64,000 nucleotides of DNA from an uncultured bacterium (GTDB lineage: Bacteria; Abyssobacteria; SURF-5): positions 32,001-96,000 of the forward strand of contig CAZSKP010000009.1 of assembly GCA_964607485.1 (NCBI GenBank). Direction: 5' to 3'. Shown here in pieces: positions 38,619 to 47,374 of the stretch (position 1 is its first letter; each line of letters starts with the position of its first letter). A model generated the notes under the pieces. That model saw only the letters and a program-made list of their open reading frames with translations, ran no database searches and was not told where the DNA came from. Position numbers and translations under genes: made by a program.

Positions 38619-40154
38619 ATGGCTGCCGCTGATACAAGAGAGCGTTGGGATGTGATAGTGGTGGGCTCGGGCCTGGGAGGGCTGAGCTGCGGAGCGCTTC
38701 TTGCGAAGAACGGCAAGAAAGTGCTCGTCCTGGAAAGGCACAGCAAGGTCGGCGGCTATGCGCACCAGTTCACCCGAAAAGCGGGAGCCGACATAAAATA
38801 CCGTTTCGACGTCGCGCTGCACGTGACCGGCGCCATGGATGAAGGAGCCTCGTCGCGACGTATCCTGGAGGAGATTGGAGTCTGGGACCGAATCCGGGTC
38901 AAGCGTCTCGACGTTATGTGCCGTTCGAGCTTCCCCGATTTTGAAATGGTCGTTCCGGCGGACAAGGAGCTGTTTCGGCAGAAGCTCGTTGCTCAGTTTC
39001 CGGAGGAAAGGGACGGCATCGACTCGCTCTTCGGCACCATCGACAAGTTTGCGGAAGAGGTCGGCGCACTTATGAAGGCCTCAGTTCCGGGCGAGGCGCC
39101 GTCGCCCGACTTCGCGGAGAGGTATCCCACCGTCATGAAGTACATGGCCGCGACGCTCCATCAGTTCGTGTCGGAGCACGTGACCAATGAAAAAGTCGCC
39201 GCCGTGTTCTGCCAACCGTGGCCCTACTTGGGACTCCCCCCGAAGCGGGTGTCGGCCTTCCTCTACCTGCAGATGTGGCTCAGTTTTTTCACGGGCGGAA
39301 CATACTACATTCAGGGCGGCGGCTACGCCCTCAGCAGAGCCATGAGCGACGCCATCGAGCGACGGGGCGGCAAGGTGCTCACAAGGACGGAGGTGACGCG
39401 GATTCTCACGGAAGGCGGCCGCTGCGCAGGCGTCGAAACAAAGAAGGGCGAAAAGTTCAGCGCGCCGATAATCGTGAGCAACGCGGCCGCGCCCATTACT
39501 TTCGACAAGCTGCTCGACGCCTCCATTGTGGACCCGGCCTACTTGCAGCAGGTCCGAACCAGTGAGGTGTCGGTCTCCATCATCCAGGCGTACATCGGAG
39601 TCAAGGGCACCCCAAGCGAGATCGGGTTCGAGGACCATGAACACTTCATGAATTTCGGATACGACGCCGAAGAAGGGTTTGACCGGATGCTCGAGGGAGA
39701 TTACTCGCAGAGTGCATGTGTGATGGCGAACAACACGTCGGTCAATCCCGACGACACCCCGCCCGGCAGGTCCATAATCGAGATCGCTATTTTCGCGGAC
39801 GGAAAACGCTGGTTCGGTTTCACCGAAGAGGAATACAAGAAGAAGAAGGCCGAGGTGACCGAGCTGCTCATCGACCGCTTCTCCGAAATCATTCCCGACC
39901 TCCGCGACCGCATCGAGGTGATCGAGGTCGGCACACCCCGCACGATGGAACGTTACAGCGGCAACCCGTACGGCGCGGTGTATGGCTACGCGTCCACCCC
40001 GACCGGTCATTCCATATTCAGGCCGAGGCCGGACACTCCGGTGCCGGGCCTTTACCTGGCGAGCGCATGGACGTTCCCGGGACCGGGATTCGGAGGCACG
40101 TTGGCAGGCGGTGCGAACACCGCTCGGATAATCCTGGGGCGAACCGGTGGCTGA
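38619..40154 (+). CDS. Phytoene desaturase/retinol saturase family FAD oxidoreductase
   Basis: GSGLGGL, LERHSKVGG, TPRTMERY...GAVYG, GLYLASAW.FPG.G; AAGGAGG SD. Confidence 0.85.
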   Translation: MAAADTRERWDVIVVGSGLGGLSCGALLAKNGKKVLVLERHSKVGGYAHQFTRKAGADIKYRFDVALHVTGAMDEGASSRRILEEIGVWDRIRVKRLDVMCRSSFPDFEMVVPADKELFRQKLVAQFPEERDGIDSLFGTIDKFAEEVGALMKASVPGEAPSPDFAERYPTVMKYMAATLHQFVSEHVTNEKVAAVFCQPWPYLGLPPKRVSAFLYLQMWLSFFTGGTYYIQGGGYALSRAMSDAIERRGGKVLTRTEVTRILTEGGRCAGVETKKGEKFSAPIIVSNAAAPITFDKLLDASIVDPAYLQQVRTSEVSVSIIQAYIGVKGTPSEIGFEDHEHFMNFGYDAEEGFDRMLEGDYSQSACVMANNTSVNPDDTPPGRSIIEIAIFADGKRWFGFTEEEYKKKKAEVTELLIDRFSEIIPDLRDRIEVIEVGTPRTMERYSGNPYGAVYGYASTPTGHSIFRPRPDTPVPGLYLASAWTFPGPGFGGTLAGGANTARIILGRTGG

Positions 40155-40298
40155 AGACAGAAAAACCGCCGGGCGACCCAACGTCATCACGTGCGCACTG
40201 CGGCGGTAACCCTGAAAAACCGCGCGGGCACAAGCCACCATGGGGCGGTAGTTCGGCTTGTGCCCGCATTCTATGTGTGTGAGGGTGGATCGCCCGCG

Positions 40299-40433
40299 CT
40301 AGAACTTTCTCCTTTTGAATCCCAATTTCTCCAGCGCCCTCAAAGCCTCCCGTCGGCTAGAGGCGCGCACGACTTCGACCTTGCTCACCATCGGGCTGTC
40401 GGGCGAGTGAATGAAAACCATGTACTCTTTCAC
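40299..40433 (-). CDS. Small basic protein (44 aa)
   Basis: GTG start with AAGGAGG SD at 7 nt; MKEYMVFIHSPDSPMVSKVEVVRASSRREALRALEKLGFKRRKF. Confidence 0.6.
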   Translation of the reverse strand: MKEYMVFIHSPDSPMVSKVEVVRASSRREALRALEKLGFKRRKF

Positions 40434-40470
40434 GACCTCTCCTCCTTGGTTGTGTGAAAACATGCAGAGG

Positions 40471-40485
40471 GCAATATTTATGCCA
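40471..40485 (-). promoter_or_regulatory. Sigma54 (-24/-12) promoter
   Basis: TGGCATAAATATTGC on minus strand: GG-N10-GC spacing with TTGC. Confidence 0.7.
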
Positions 40486-40726
40486 TCGACAGCCTGACCA
40501 GCGCTAAATCCATTCACAGCAAATATTTGCGTCTGTTTACCTTAAGTTGCTCTTGTTGAATGTTCGGCGGTCGAATGGAGTTTTTTGCCGCCCCAAGGTC
40601 AGGTAATTTCCCCCTCCTCACTGTCGGGCAAGCAGGATCGCACTTTGGAACTTGGATTCGGCCGTGGTAGAATCTCATGGTTACATTGAATCGCGCGATG
40701 GGGACACGGGGCGAGGGTATTCGCTT

Positions 40727-41500
40727 ATGCAGTATCTGTTCGGTGATTCAGACCTGGCCGCGTACCGGCTTAAGGTTCTGGCCGATGTGTACGCCGAATC
40801 GACCAGGAATTTTGTTCTCGATGCGGTCATCGAAAGGCCGCGTCTGGCCGTGGATATGGGCTGCGGGCCGGGTTATACGACACATCTGCTGGCCGGCCTG
40901 CTTCAGTGCGAACGCACCGTGGGGTTTGACAGCTCGGAGCATTTCATATCACTCGCTCGGAAAACGGAAACGGACGCACTGTCTTTCCGGCTCCATGATG
41001 TCACATCGGTTCCATTTCCCGTGGGACCCGCCGACCTCCTCTTCTGCCGGTTCCTGCTGACCCACTTGAGAGACCCGCAGGCGGTCGTCGCGAGATGGGC
41101 CACGCAACTGGCGCCGAAAGGGCTCCTCCTGATGGAGGAAGTGGAGTGGATACACTCGCAGAATCGGGTGTTCCGCACGTACCTCAACATTGTCGAGGCC
41201 ATGCTGGAGCATAAGTCGGGCAGGCTGTACGTGGGCCAGACCCTCGACCGACTCAGCGACGACAGCGCCTTTGAACGAAGGATAAGCCAGGTGGTCCGTC
41301 TGCGGGTGTCGAACCGCGACGCGGCAACGATGTTCTATCTGAATATCCGGACATGGAAACTCCAGCCCTTCATCAGGACAAATTATCCCTCCTCGATGAT
41401 TGAACAACTGGAAGAAGACTTGAAGACCCTCGCCGGGAGGCGGGACGATGCGAGCGAGATCGAGTGGGGCATGAGACAAATCGTCTTTGAAAGAACATGA
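40727..41500 (+). CDS. Class I SAM-dependent methyltransferase
   Basis: DMGCGPG, GFDSS, RFLLTHL, LAPKG. Confidence 0.85.
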   Translation: MQYLFGDSDLAAYRLKVLADVYAESTRNFVLDAVIERPRLAVDMGCGPGYTTHLLAGLLQCERTVGFDSSEHFISLARKTETDALSFRLHDVTSVPFPVGPADLLFCRFLLTHLRDPQAVVARWATQLAPKGLLLMEEVEWIHSQNRVFRTYLNIVEAMLEHKSGRLYVGQTLDRLSDDSAFERRISQVVRLRVSNRDAATMFYLNIRTWKLQPFIRTNYPSSMIEQLEEDLKTLAGRRDDASEIEWGMRQIVFERT

Positions 41501-41562
41501 ACGGCATCGATTGGGGACAGCCCCTTAGGCTGGAGAGAAGCTGTGTGGAAGACGGCGGGAGA

Positions 41563-42552
41563 CTATTCGCTGTTCTCTTCTTTCGCCCGGTGAAACACTA
41601 CGGCGACTTCTCCATGGACAGGGGATACCCGTACCTGACAGAGCGTTGATTCGCCCCCGGCGGCGCGGACATCTGTCTTGAAATCGACTCCCCTGTTGAG
41701 TCTGCGCGCATCACAAACCTTTTCCTCCAGCGAAGCGGCAGACACGGACGGCATGTATTCAAACAATTTTTTCCCAACCATAGCAGGCCTTTTGACACCC
41801 AGGAATTCCTCGGCCAGCCGATTGCATTCCAACACTCTGAACTCGCGGTCCACTATCAAGATCGCATCGAGCGTGACGTCGAACAGGCTGCGATACTGCA
41901 TCTCAGCCCTCATCAGCCGCTTGTTCGAATCGCGCAGCAGTGAAATGGTTCGTTCCAGCTTCTCGCGGACGGAGATTTTGGGCGGCGCCACCTCGTATCC
42001 GTAAGTTTGCAGGTCGGGTCGTGTGCCGATGAGGAACTCGCACTCCTCGTCCCCCTTGCCGATGCATTTGCTTTCGACAACGGATATATCATCGACGCCC
42101 GTCTTAGCCTGTCTGTGCGTCTCCGACATGAAACACATGAGAACGCCCCGCGTGTAATCGCACTTGGGACGATTCTGCACGTTCCGGTTTTCGACGTAAG
42201 CCCAGCCCTCGAACGAATCGTTGCAGCGGACGATCGCCCAGCCCCTCGACCAGAACAATTCAGCTATCTCGAAGTTGCCGAAGCCTGCATCCGAATACGT
42301 ATCGACCGCGCCCCTGAAGCCGTCCTCGTCCGCCGTGAGCCGGCCCGATTCCATGGCGGAGACCATGAACGAGGTGGAACCCTGTCGGCCGGCCTGACAG
42401 ACGAGGTCATCCTCGGTGTCTCCGACCTCGCGCGCGAGAACTTCCCTGAGCCCGTAGAAGCCGCCCTTCGTCTCGACGAGCGACATCCTCGCGCCGCCCA
42501 CCTCGATCCAGCCGCGCCTGACAAAATTTATGAAATCGGATCCCTTCGTCAT
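41563..42552 (-). CDS. XylR-N/V4R plus PAS domain protein without output domain
   Basis: GFG, DSFEG, CDYTRG, ESKCIGKGDEECEF, coiled coil, YRSLFD PAS. Confidence 0.75.
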   Translation of the reverse strand: MTKGSDFINFVRRGWIEVGGARMSLVETKGGFYGLREVLAREVGDTEDDLVCQAGRQGSTSFMVSAMESGRLTADEDGFRGAVDTYSDAGFGNFEIAELFWSRGWAIVRCNDSFEGWAYVENRNVQNRPKCDYTRGVLMCFMSETHRQAKTGVDDISVVESKCIGKGDEECEFLIGTRPDLQTYGYEVAPPKISVREKLERTISLLRDSNKRLMRAEMQYRSLFDVTLDAILIVDREFRVLECNRLAEEFLGVKRPAMVGKKLFEYMPSVSAASLEEKVCDARRLNRGVDFKTDVRAAGGESTLCQVRVSPVHGEVAVVFHRAKEENSE

Positions 42553-42616
42553 CTCCCCTCCCGGCCGCCGCTCGGGGCTTCCGAATTGTCACGGAAACCG
42601 CTTCACCAACTTTGCC

Positions 42617-43864
42617 TCAGAAAGCCTTCTCCAATATGGTGATGACCATGGCGGCCTCCTCGACGCCGATGTTGCCGCCGCCGTTCTCCGCCAGAGCCAT
42701 TCGGGCGCCCTCGACCTGCCTCTTGTCGCACTCGCCCCTGAGCTGCCACACCAGCTCGGCAAGCTGGGCGGTGCCCGTCGCGCCTATCGGATGGCCGCGC
42801 GATTCGAGTCCGCCGCTGGTGTTGACGGGAAGCTTGCCGCCGAGCTTCGTGGCGCCCGACTCGGCAAACGGTCCGCCCTCTCCCTTTCCGCAAAAGCCGA
42901 GGCACTCGGTCTGATGAAGCTCGCCGAAGGCCGTGGCGTCGTGCACCTCGGCGAGGTCGATGTCCTCGGGACCCACGCCCGCCATTTCATATGCCTTGCG
43001 GCTGAGGCGGCCGCCTATGTCCTCCTCGTCGAAGTCCCGGTCGCGCCCCGATGCGAGCACGCAGGCCCTCACTTTGACAAGTTTCTCTGCGCCGATTTTC
43101 TTCGCAAAATCCGCCGAGCAGAGGATGGCCGCGGCGGCGCCGTCGCCCACGGGCGAGCACATGGGCCTCGTGAGCGGATACGACACCTCGGGCGCGCTCA
43201 GGACCTCCTCGACGGTCATGTCTTTCTGGTATTGGGCGTAGGGATTCATCGAGCTGTGATAGTGGTTCTTGGCCGAGATAACGGCCAGTTGCCGCTGCGT
43301 GGTGCCGTACTTCTTCATATGGTTGCGCGCGGCGAGAGAATAGATGTCCATGAACGCGCTGCGGCTTTTGCCCGCGCCGCCCTCGCCCGAGGCCTTTGCC
43401 CCCATCTCCTTCTTTTTTTCCTCTTCAGCCGCCATCATCGCCTTGAAGGCTTCCATTATCTCCACGTCGGTGGACGCCCAGAACGTCTGGAACATCTTCT
43501 TCTTGTCCTCGAGGTACAGCTTTTCCATTCCCAGCGCGAGCGCTGCGTCGTACACGCCGCATGCGATGCCCATCCACGCGCCGTAGAAGGCCGACGATGC
43601 CGAGGCGCACGCGTTCTCCACGTTCATCACGGGTATCGCGCCAATACCCATCGCCCGAAGCACCACCTGCCCGCGGATGCCCTCCTGCCCCGTCACTATT
43701 CCCTGAGCGGCGTTGCCGACCCAGGCCGCCTGCAGGTTAGCCTTGTCCACGCCCGCGTGCTCGAGCGTTCGCGTGACGGCTTCTTCCGCCAGCGATTTCA
43801 TGTTGCGTTCCAGGTACTTGCCGAACCGGGTCATTCCGACGCCGATCACATATACATCTCGCAT
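42617..43864 (-). CDS. SCP-x-type thiolase
   Basis: IGVGMTRFG, ENACASA, DGAAA, EVHDA, VNTSGG..SRGHPIGATG. Confidence 0.92.
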   Translation of the reverse strand: MRDVYVIGVGMTRFGKYLERNMKSLAEEAVTRTLEHAGVDKANLQAAWVGNAAQGIVTGQEGIRGQVVLRAMGIGAIPVMNVENACASASSAFYGAWMGIACGVYDAALALGMEKLYLEDKKKMFQTFWASTDVEIMEAFKAMMAAEEEKKKEMGAKASGEGGAGKSRSAFMDIYSLAARNHMKKYGTTQRQLAVISAKNHYHSSMNPYAQYQKDMTVEEVLSAPEVSYPLTRPMCSPVGDGAAAAILCSADFAKKIGAEKLVKVRACVLASGRDRDFDEEDIGGRLSRKAYEMAGVGPEDIDLAEVHDATAFGELHQTECLGFCGKGEGGPFAESGATKLGGKLPVNTSGGLESRGHPIGATGTAQLAELVWQLRGECDKRQVEGARMALAENGGGNIGVEEAAMVITILEKAF

Positions 43865-44035
43865 CGTGTTTTCGCTCCCTCTCTCTCCGAACCTTCCTGT
43901 TCCTGGCCGTAGAGGGCTCACACCGTAGCTGGGATGGTTACGCCACTATGCTAGTACATTTCGCGGACGAAATCAAGGATGGAGAACAAACGCTTCGCTC
44001 TGCAGGAACGCTGTTTGAACGATCAGATGGGTGGA
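43830..44035. repeat. Direct repeat copy 1 (thiolase promoter, leader and 5' end)
   Basis: About 200 bp clearly alignable to 52907-53106, with long identical blocks such as TTCCTGGCCGTAGAGGGCTCACACCG. Confidence 0.85.
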
Positions 44036-44082
44036 GCGTGCAACCCCCGGGCGAGAAGAACAATGAGGGTGATCCTGCGAAG

Positions 44083-44946
44083 TCAGGATCCTACCTTCTT
44101 CTTCAGAAATTCCAGGAAGGCCTCCCCGAAATCTTTTCTTTTCAGTCCGTATTCGACCTGGGTCTTCAGGTAGTCGAGCTTGTCGCCGATATCGTATCGC
44201 TTCCCCTTAATGGTCAAGGAGTAAACAGGCTGCTCATTCTGGAGCAATCTCAGAGCATCGGTAAGCTGCACCTCATCGTTCCTGCCCCTCGGCAAGCTCT
44301 CCAGGATGTCGAAAATCCCCGGTGTAAGTATGTAGCGACCGGCTATGGCCAGCGTGGAGTCGGTCTCTTGGACGGAAGGCTTCTCAATCAGGGAGGTCAC
44401 CTCGTGGACATTTTCGCTAATCCTTTTTCCATCGACAATACCATACCGTGAGACTTTTTCCCTTGGTACTGTTTCAACCGCAATGATGGTATGCCTGTAC
44501 TCGTTGTAGCACTCGACGATTTGTCGGACGGCCGGCGTATCGGATTCGATAATAGTATCGCCCAGCAGCACTGCAAACGGCTCATCGCCGACGTGATGGC
44601 GGGCGCAGAAGACCGCATCTCCCAGCCCCTTCGTTTCCTTCTGCCGGACGAAATGTATGTTTGCCGTATCGGCAATCCGCTGGACCTCGTTGTAGAGAGC
44701 CTTCTCCTCTTTGTTGTCAAGAATCCGCTCCAATTCCGGATTGCGGTCAAAATGGTCCTCGATGGCTCGCTTCCCCTTCCCGGTGACGATGAGGATGTCG
44801 TCGATGCCCGACTCCACCGCTTCCTGAACCACGTACTGTATCGTCGGCGTATCGATGATTGGAAGCATCTCCTTCGGTTGCGCCTTTGTGGCGGGTAAGA
44901 ATCTTGTCCCCAATCCTGCCGCCGGAATGACAGCCTTTCGTATCAT
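44083..44946 (-). CDS. galU: UTP-glucose-1-phosphate uridylyltransferase
   Basis: PAAGLGTRFLPATKAQPKEML, GLGDAV, EKP, EVQLTDAL. Confidence 0.93.
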   Translation of the reverse strand: MIRKAVIPAAGLGTRFLPATKAQPKEMLPIIDTPTIQYVVQEAVESGIDDILIVTGKGKRAIEDHFDRNPELERILDNKEEKALYNEVQRIADTANIHFVRQKETKGLGDAVFCARHHVGDEPFAVLLGDTIIESDTPAVRQIVECYNEYRHTIIAVETVPREKVSRYGIVDGKRISENVHEVTSLIEKPSVQETDSTLAIAGRYILTPGIFDILESLPRGRNDEVQLTDALRLLQNEQPVYSLTIKGKRYDIGDKLDYLKTQVEYGLKRKDFGEAFLEFLKKKVGS

Positions 44947-44960
44947 TTGTGAAATGCCCC

Positions 44961-45956
44961 CTACGCTACCGTCGGCTTGACCACCGTGGCCTCCATCTTC
45001 GCGAATGCCTCGACCAGTTCTCCAAACATATCATCGTCTCTGTACATTCCGATTATCGATCCTCCAGAGCCTGCGAATTTGGCCGACGCTCCAAGCTTTC
45101 GGGCGGTTTCCACCATCTCGCGATCTCCCACGCTGATCCTCATAATCTTACTTCTCTGGTCGAAATTCTCATTCATCAGGTCGAACAGACGGTCGAAGTC
45201 ACTGTTCAGCAAGGCCTGTCTTCCTTCCTCAGCGATTTCCGCTATGCGGCCTAGGCAATCGAGAACCAGCCTGTCACCTTGCTCATATCCGATACGTATC
45301 GTATTGAGCGCATGTCCCGACACTTTCCCGAGGCCCTCCTTGTAAGCTATGAACAATTGAGGCAGGAGCTTTGGGTCAAGGCGCTCATAGTGGCCCCGAT
45401 TGTTCCGTTCCATCAGCTCACGATCAAAATCCATGTGGAGACATCCCCCGTACGCCTGGATGACCCTATCCTGCAAGCCGGCATTGATTCCGAGTTCACT
45501 CTTCTCCGCGTCCAGCGTGAGCGAAGGAAGGACCTCCAGCGGAATATCGACGCCAAAGAATCTCATGAGGCACCGGACGGCGGCGGTGACAATCGCGCTC
45601 GAACCTCCCAGCCCTACTTGGCGCGGTATCGACGACTGCGACCGCATCGTGAAATTCTTCTGCTCAAGCTCAATTTCGTTCGAGACGCAGTAATCATGGA
45701 ATTTCGTCATCGCCGCCTTCAGCAGGCGTTCGGCTCCGTAATACCCGTAACGGCCAACCTGGCGAGCAAGATCTTCAACACTCTCATACGAAGATGCCTC
45801 ATAGTCATAATCCTCGATTCGAAGCCTATCTGTTGGCTCAAGCGAGACATGCGCGGTGAAGTTGTCGAGGGCAATCGATATCGTCTTGCCGAAATAGCCG
45901 TCCGATGGATTCCCCAAGAAACCCGCACGCGCGTGTGCCCTGGCTTCTATTGCCAT
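44961..45956 (-). CDS. GHMP kinase, glucuronokinase-like
   Basis: ARAGFLGNPSDGYFGKTIS, PRQVGLGGSSA, AGLQDRVIQ, KFAGSGG. Confidence 0.82.
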   Translation of the reverse strand: MAIEARAHARAGFLGNPSDGYFGKTISIALDNFTAHVSLEPTDRLRIEDYDYEASSYESVEDLARQVGRYGYYGAERLLKAAMTKFHDYCVSNEIELEQKNFTMRSQSSIPRQVGLGGSSAIVTAAVRCLMRFFGVDIPLEVLPSLTLDAEKSELGINAGLQDRVIQAYGGCLHMDFDRELMERNNRGHYERLDPKLLPQLFIAYKEGLGKVSGHALNTIRIGYEQGDRLVLDCLGRIAEIAEEGRQALLNSDFDRLFDLMNENFDQRSKIMRISVGDREMVETARKLGASAKFAGSGGSIIGMYRDDDMFGELVEAFAKMEATVVKPTVA

Positions 45957-46114
45957 GCTGCGCTCATCCTCTCATTGTCTGGACGCTTGTTGCGACCTGT
46001 TTTGTCGAAAGCAATAAAATCTTAACGTCACAGTACCGGTTAGTCAAGAATTCTCCGTTGGAGAGGGTATTAACGTGCGTATTCGCGGAGACCGAATAAT
46101 TTCGGTATTACCAT

Positions 46115-47374
46115 CTATGCGGGCCGGCCTGCACTCTGTTCCGCCGGCGTTTGGCGAAGTCGCTTCAATGACAACGCAACTACCGCAGATACCAACATAA
46201 GAGCAAAGAAAAGCCAGAAGACCGGCAGGTAGGTCTTCCGAAGGTCGTAGAAGATTCCGGCGGCAAAGGGCCCGACGGCCCCGCCAACGGTTGCCATTAT
46301 GTTCAGAATCCCAAAGAGCGCGCCGAAATTTCGCATCCCGAGGTAACCGCTGGTGAGCAAGGGGTTGATGACCAGAGGCGCGCCGCATGCGAAGCCGTAT
46401 ATGCTCGCGAAGACCATTGCGACCCAATAATGCTCGGCCGACATGAGTATCCCGATTGAGACTGCAAACAGAAGGGAGGCTGCGACCATAGCGTTCTTGG
46501 CTCCCCAGCGGTCGGCCACGGGGCCAAACGCTATCTTCCCAAGCACCATCACGCCCATCACGAGGCTCCAGGCGAAGGCGGCCCTTGTGGGCGAATGTCC
46601 CAGGTCATTCAGATAAGCGGGACAATGGTTTCCCAACCCGCCCGTCACCACCCCGGAGATGAGCATGAGGGCCGCAATCTGCCAGAACGCACGCGATGAA
46701 AAGGCCTCCTTCACGCTGAGTCCCCAGTTATCAGAAGAGTCATGCTTGACTGAATCAGTGCTCCGATAAGGTTGCAGTCCCATTTCGGCGGGGCGAGTTC
46801 GTATGAGCAGCAGCACGACCGGAATGACAACGACAAGGATGGTTGCTCCGCTGAACACGAAGGCCGTTCTCCAACCGTGACTGAGAATAATCCAGTTCGC
46901 GACGGGAGACATGATCATCCCGCCGATGCTCGTGCCCACGAACGCCCCGCTCATGGCGGCGCCCCTGCGCGAGACGAACCAGTTCGAGATGATGAATGAA
47001 CAGGGAATCACGGTGGAAAGCATGAGGCCGCATCCGATGAAGGCGAAGATGGTGTAGAGCTGCCACAGATGGTGTATTCTGCTCCCTATGAGCAGACCGA
47101 TGCCGACTATGAGAGCGCCCGTTGCCATAACCGGCTTGGCGCCAAAGCGGTCCACCAGAATGCCCGCGATCGGGGCGGATATTGCGGTGCCTATTGCTCC
47201 CATCAGCAGCGCAAAGGTCAGGGCGCCGCGGCCCCAGTTCATATCCTGGGTGATGGGTTTGAGGAAGACCGGGAATGTGTTCAGCACCATTCCCCACAGC
47301 ATGAAGAGAACCACAAAACAGGCGGCTACAACATAGAACCCATAGAAGAGTTTCGGCGTCCGGCCGGAATCCAT
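46115..47374 (-). CDS. MFS transporter (paralog of 37312-38556)
   Basis: LFYGFYVV, VDRFG, WFVSRRGAAM, ADRWG; TGATG overlap with acylase stop. Confidence 0.9.
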   Translation of the reverse strand: MDSGRTPKLFYGFYVVAACFVVLFMLWGMVLNTFPVFLKPITQDMNWGRGALTFALLMGAIGTAISAPIAGILVDRFGAKPVMATGALIVGIGLLIGSRIHHLWQLYTIFAFIGCGLMLSTVIPCSFIISNWFVSRRGAAMSGAFVGTSIGGMIMSPVANWIILSHGWRTAFVFSGATILVVVIPVVLLLIRTRPAEMGLQPYRSTDSVKHDSSDNWGLSVKEAFSSRAFWQIAALMLISGVVTGGLGNHCPAYLNDLGHSPTRAAFAWSLVMGVMVLGKIAFGPVADRWGAKNAMVAASLLFAVSIGILMSAEHYWVAMVFASIYGFACGAPLVINPLLTSGYLGMRNFGALFGILNIMATVGGAVGPFAAGIFYDLRKTYLPVFWLFFALMLVSAVVALSLKRLRQTPAEQSAGRPA

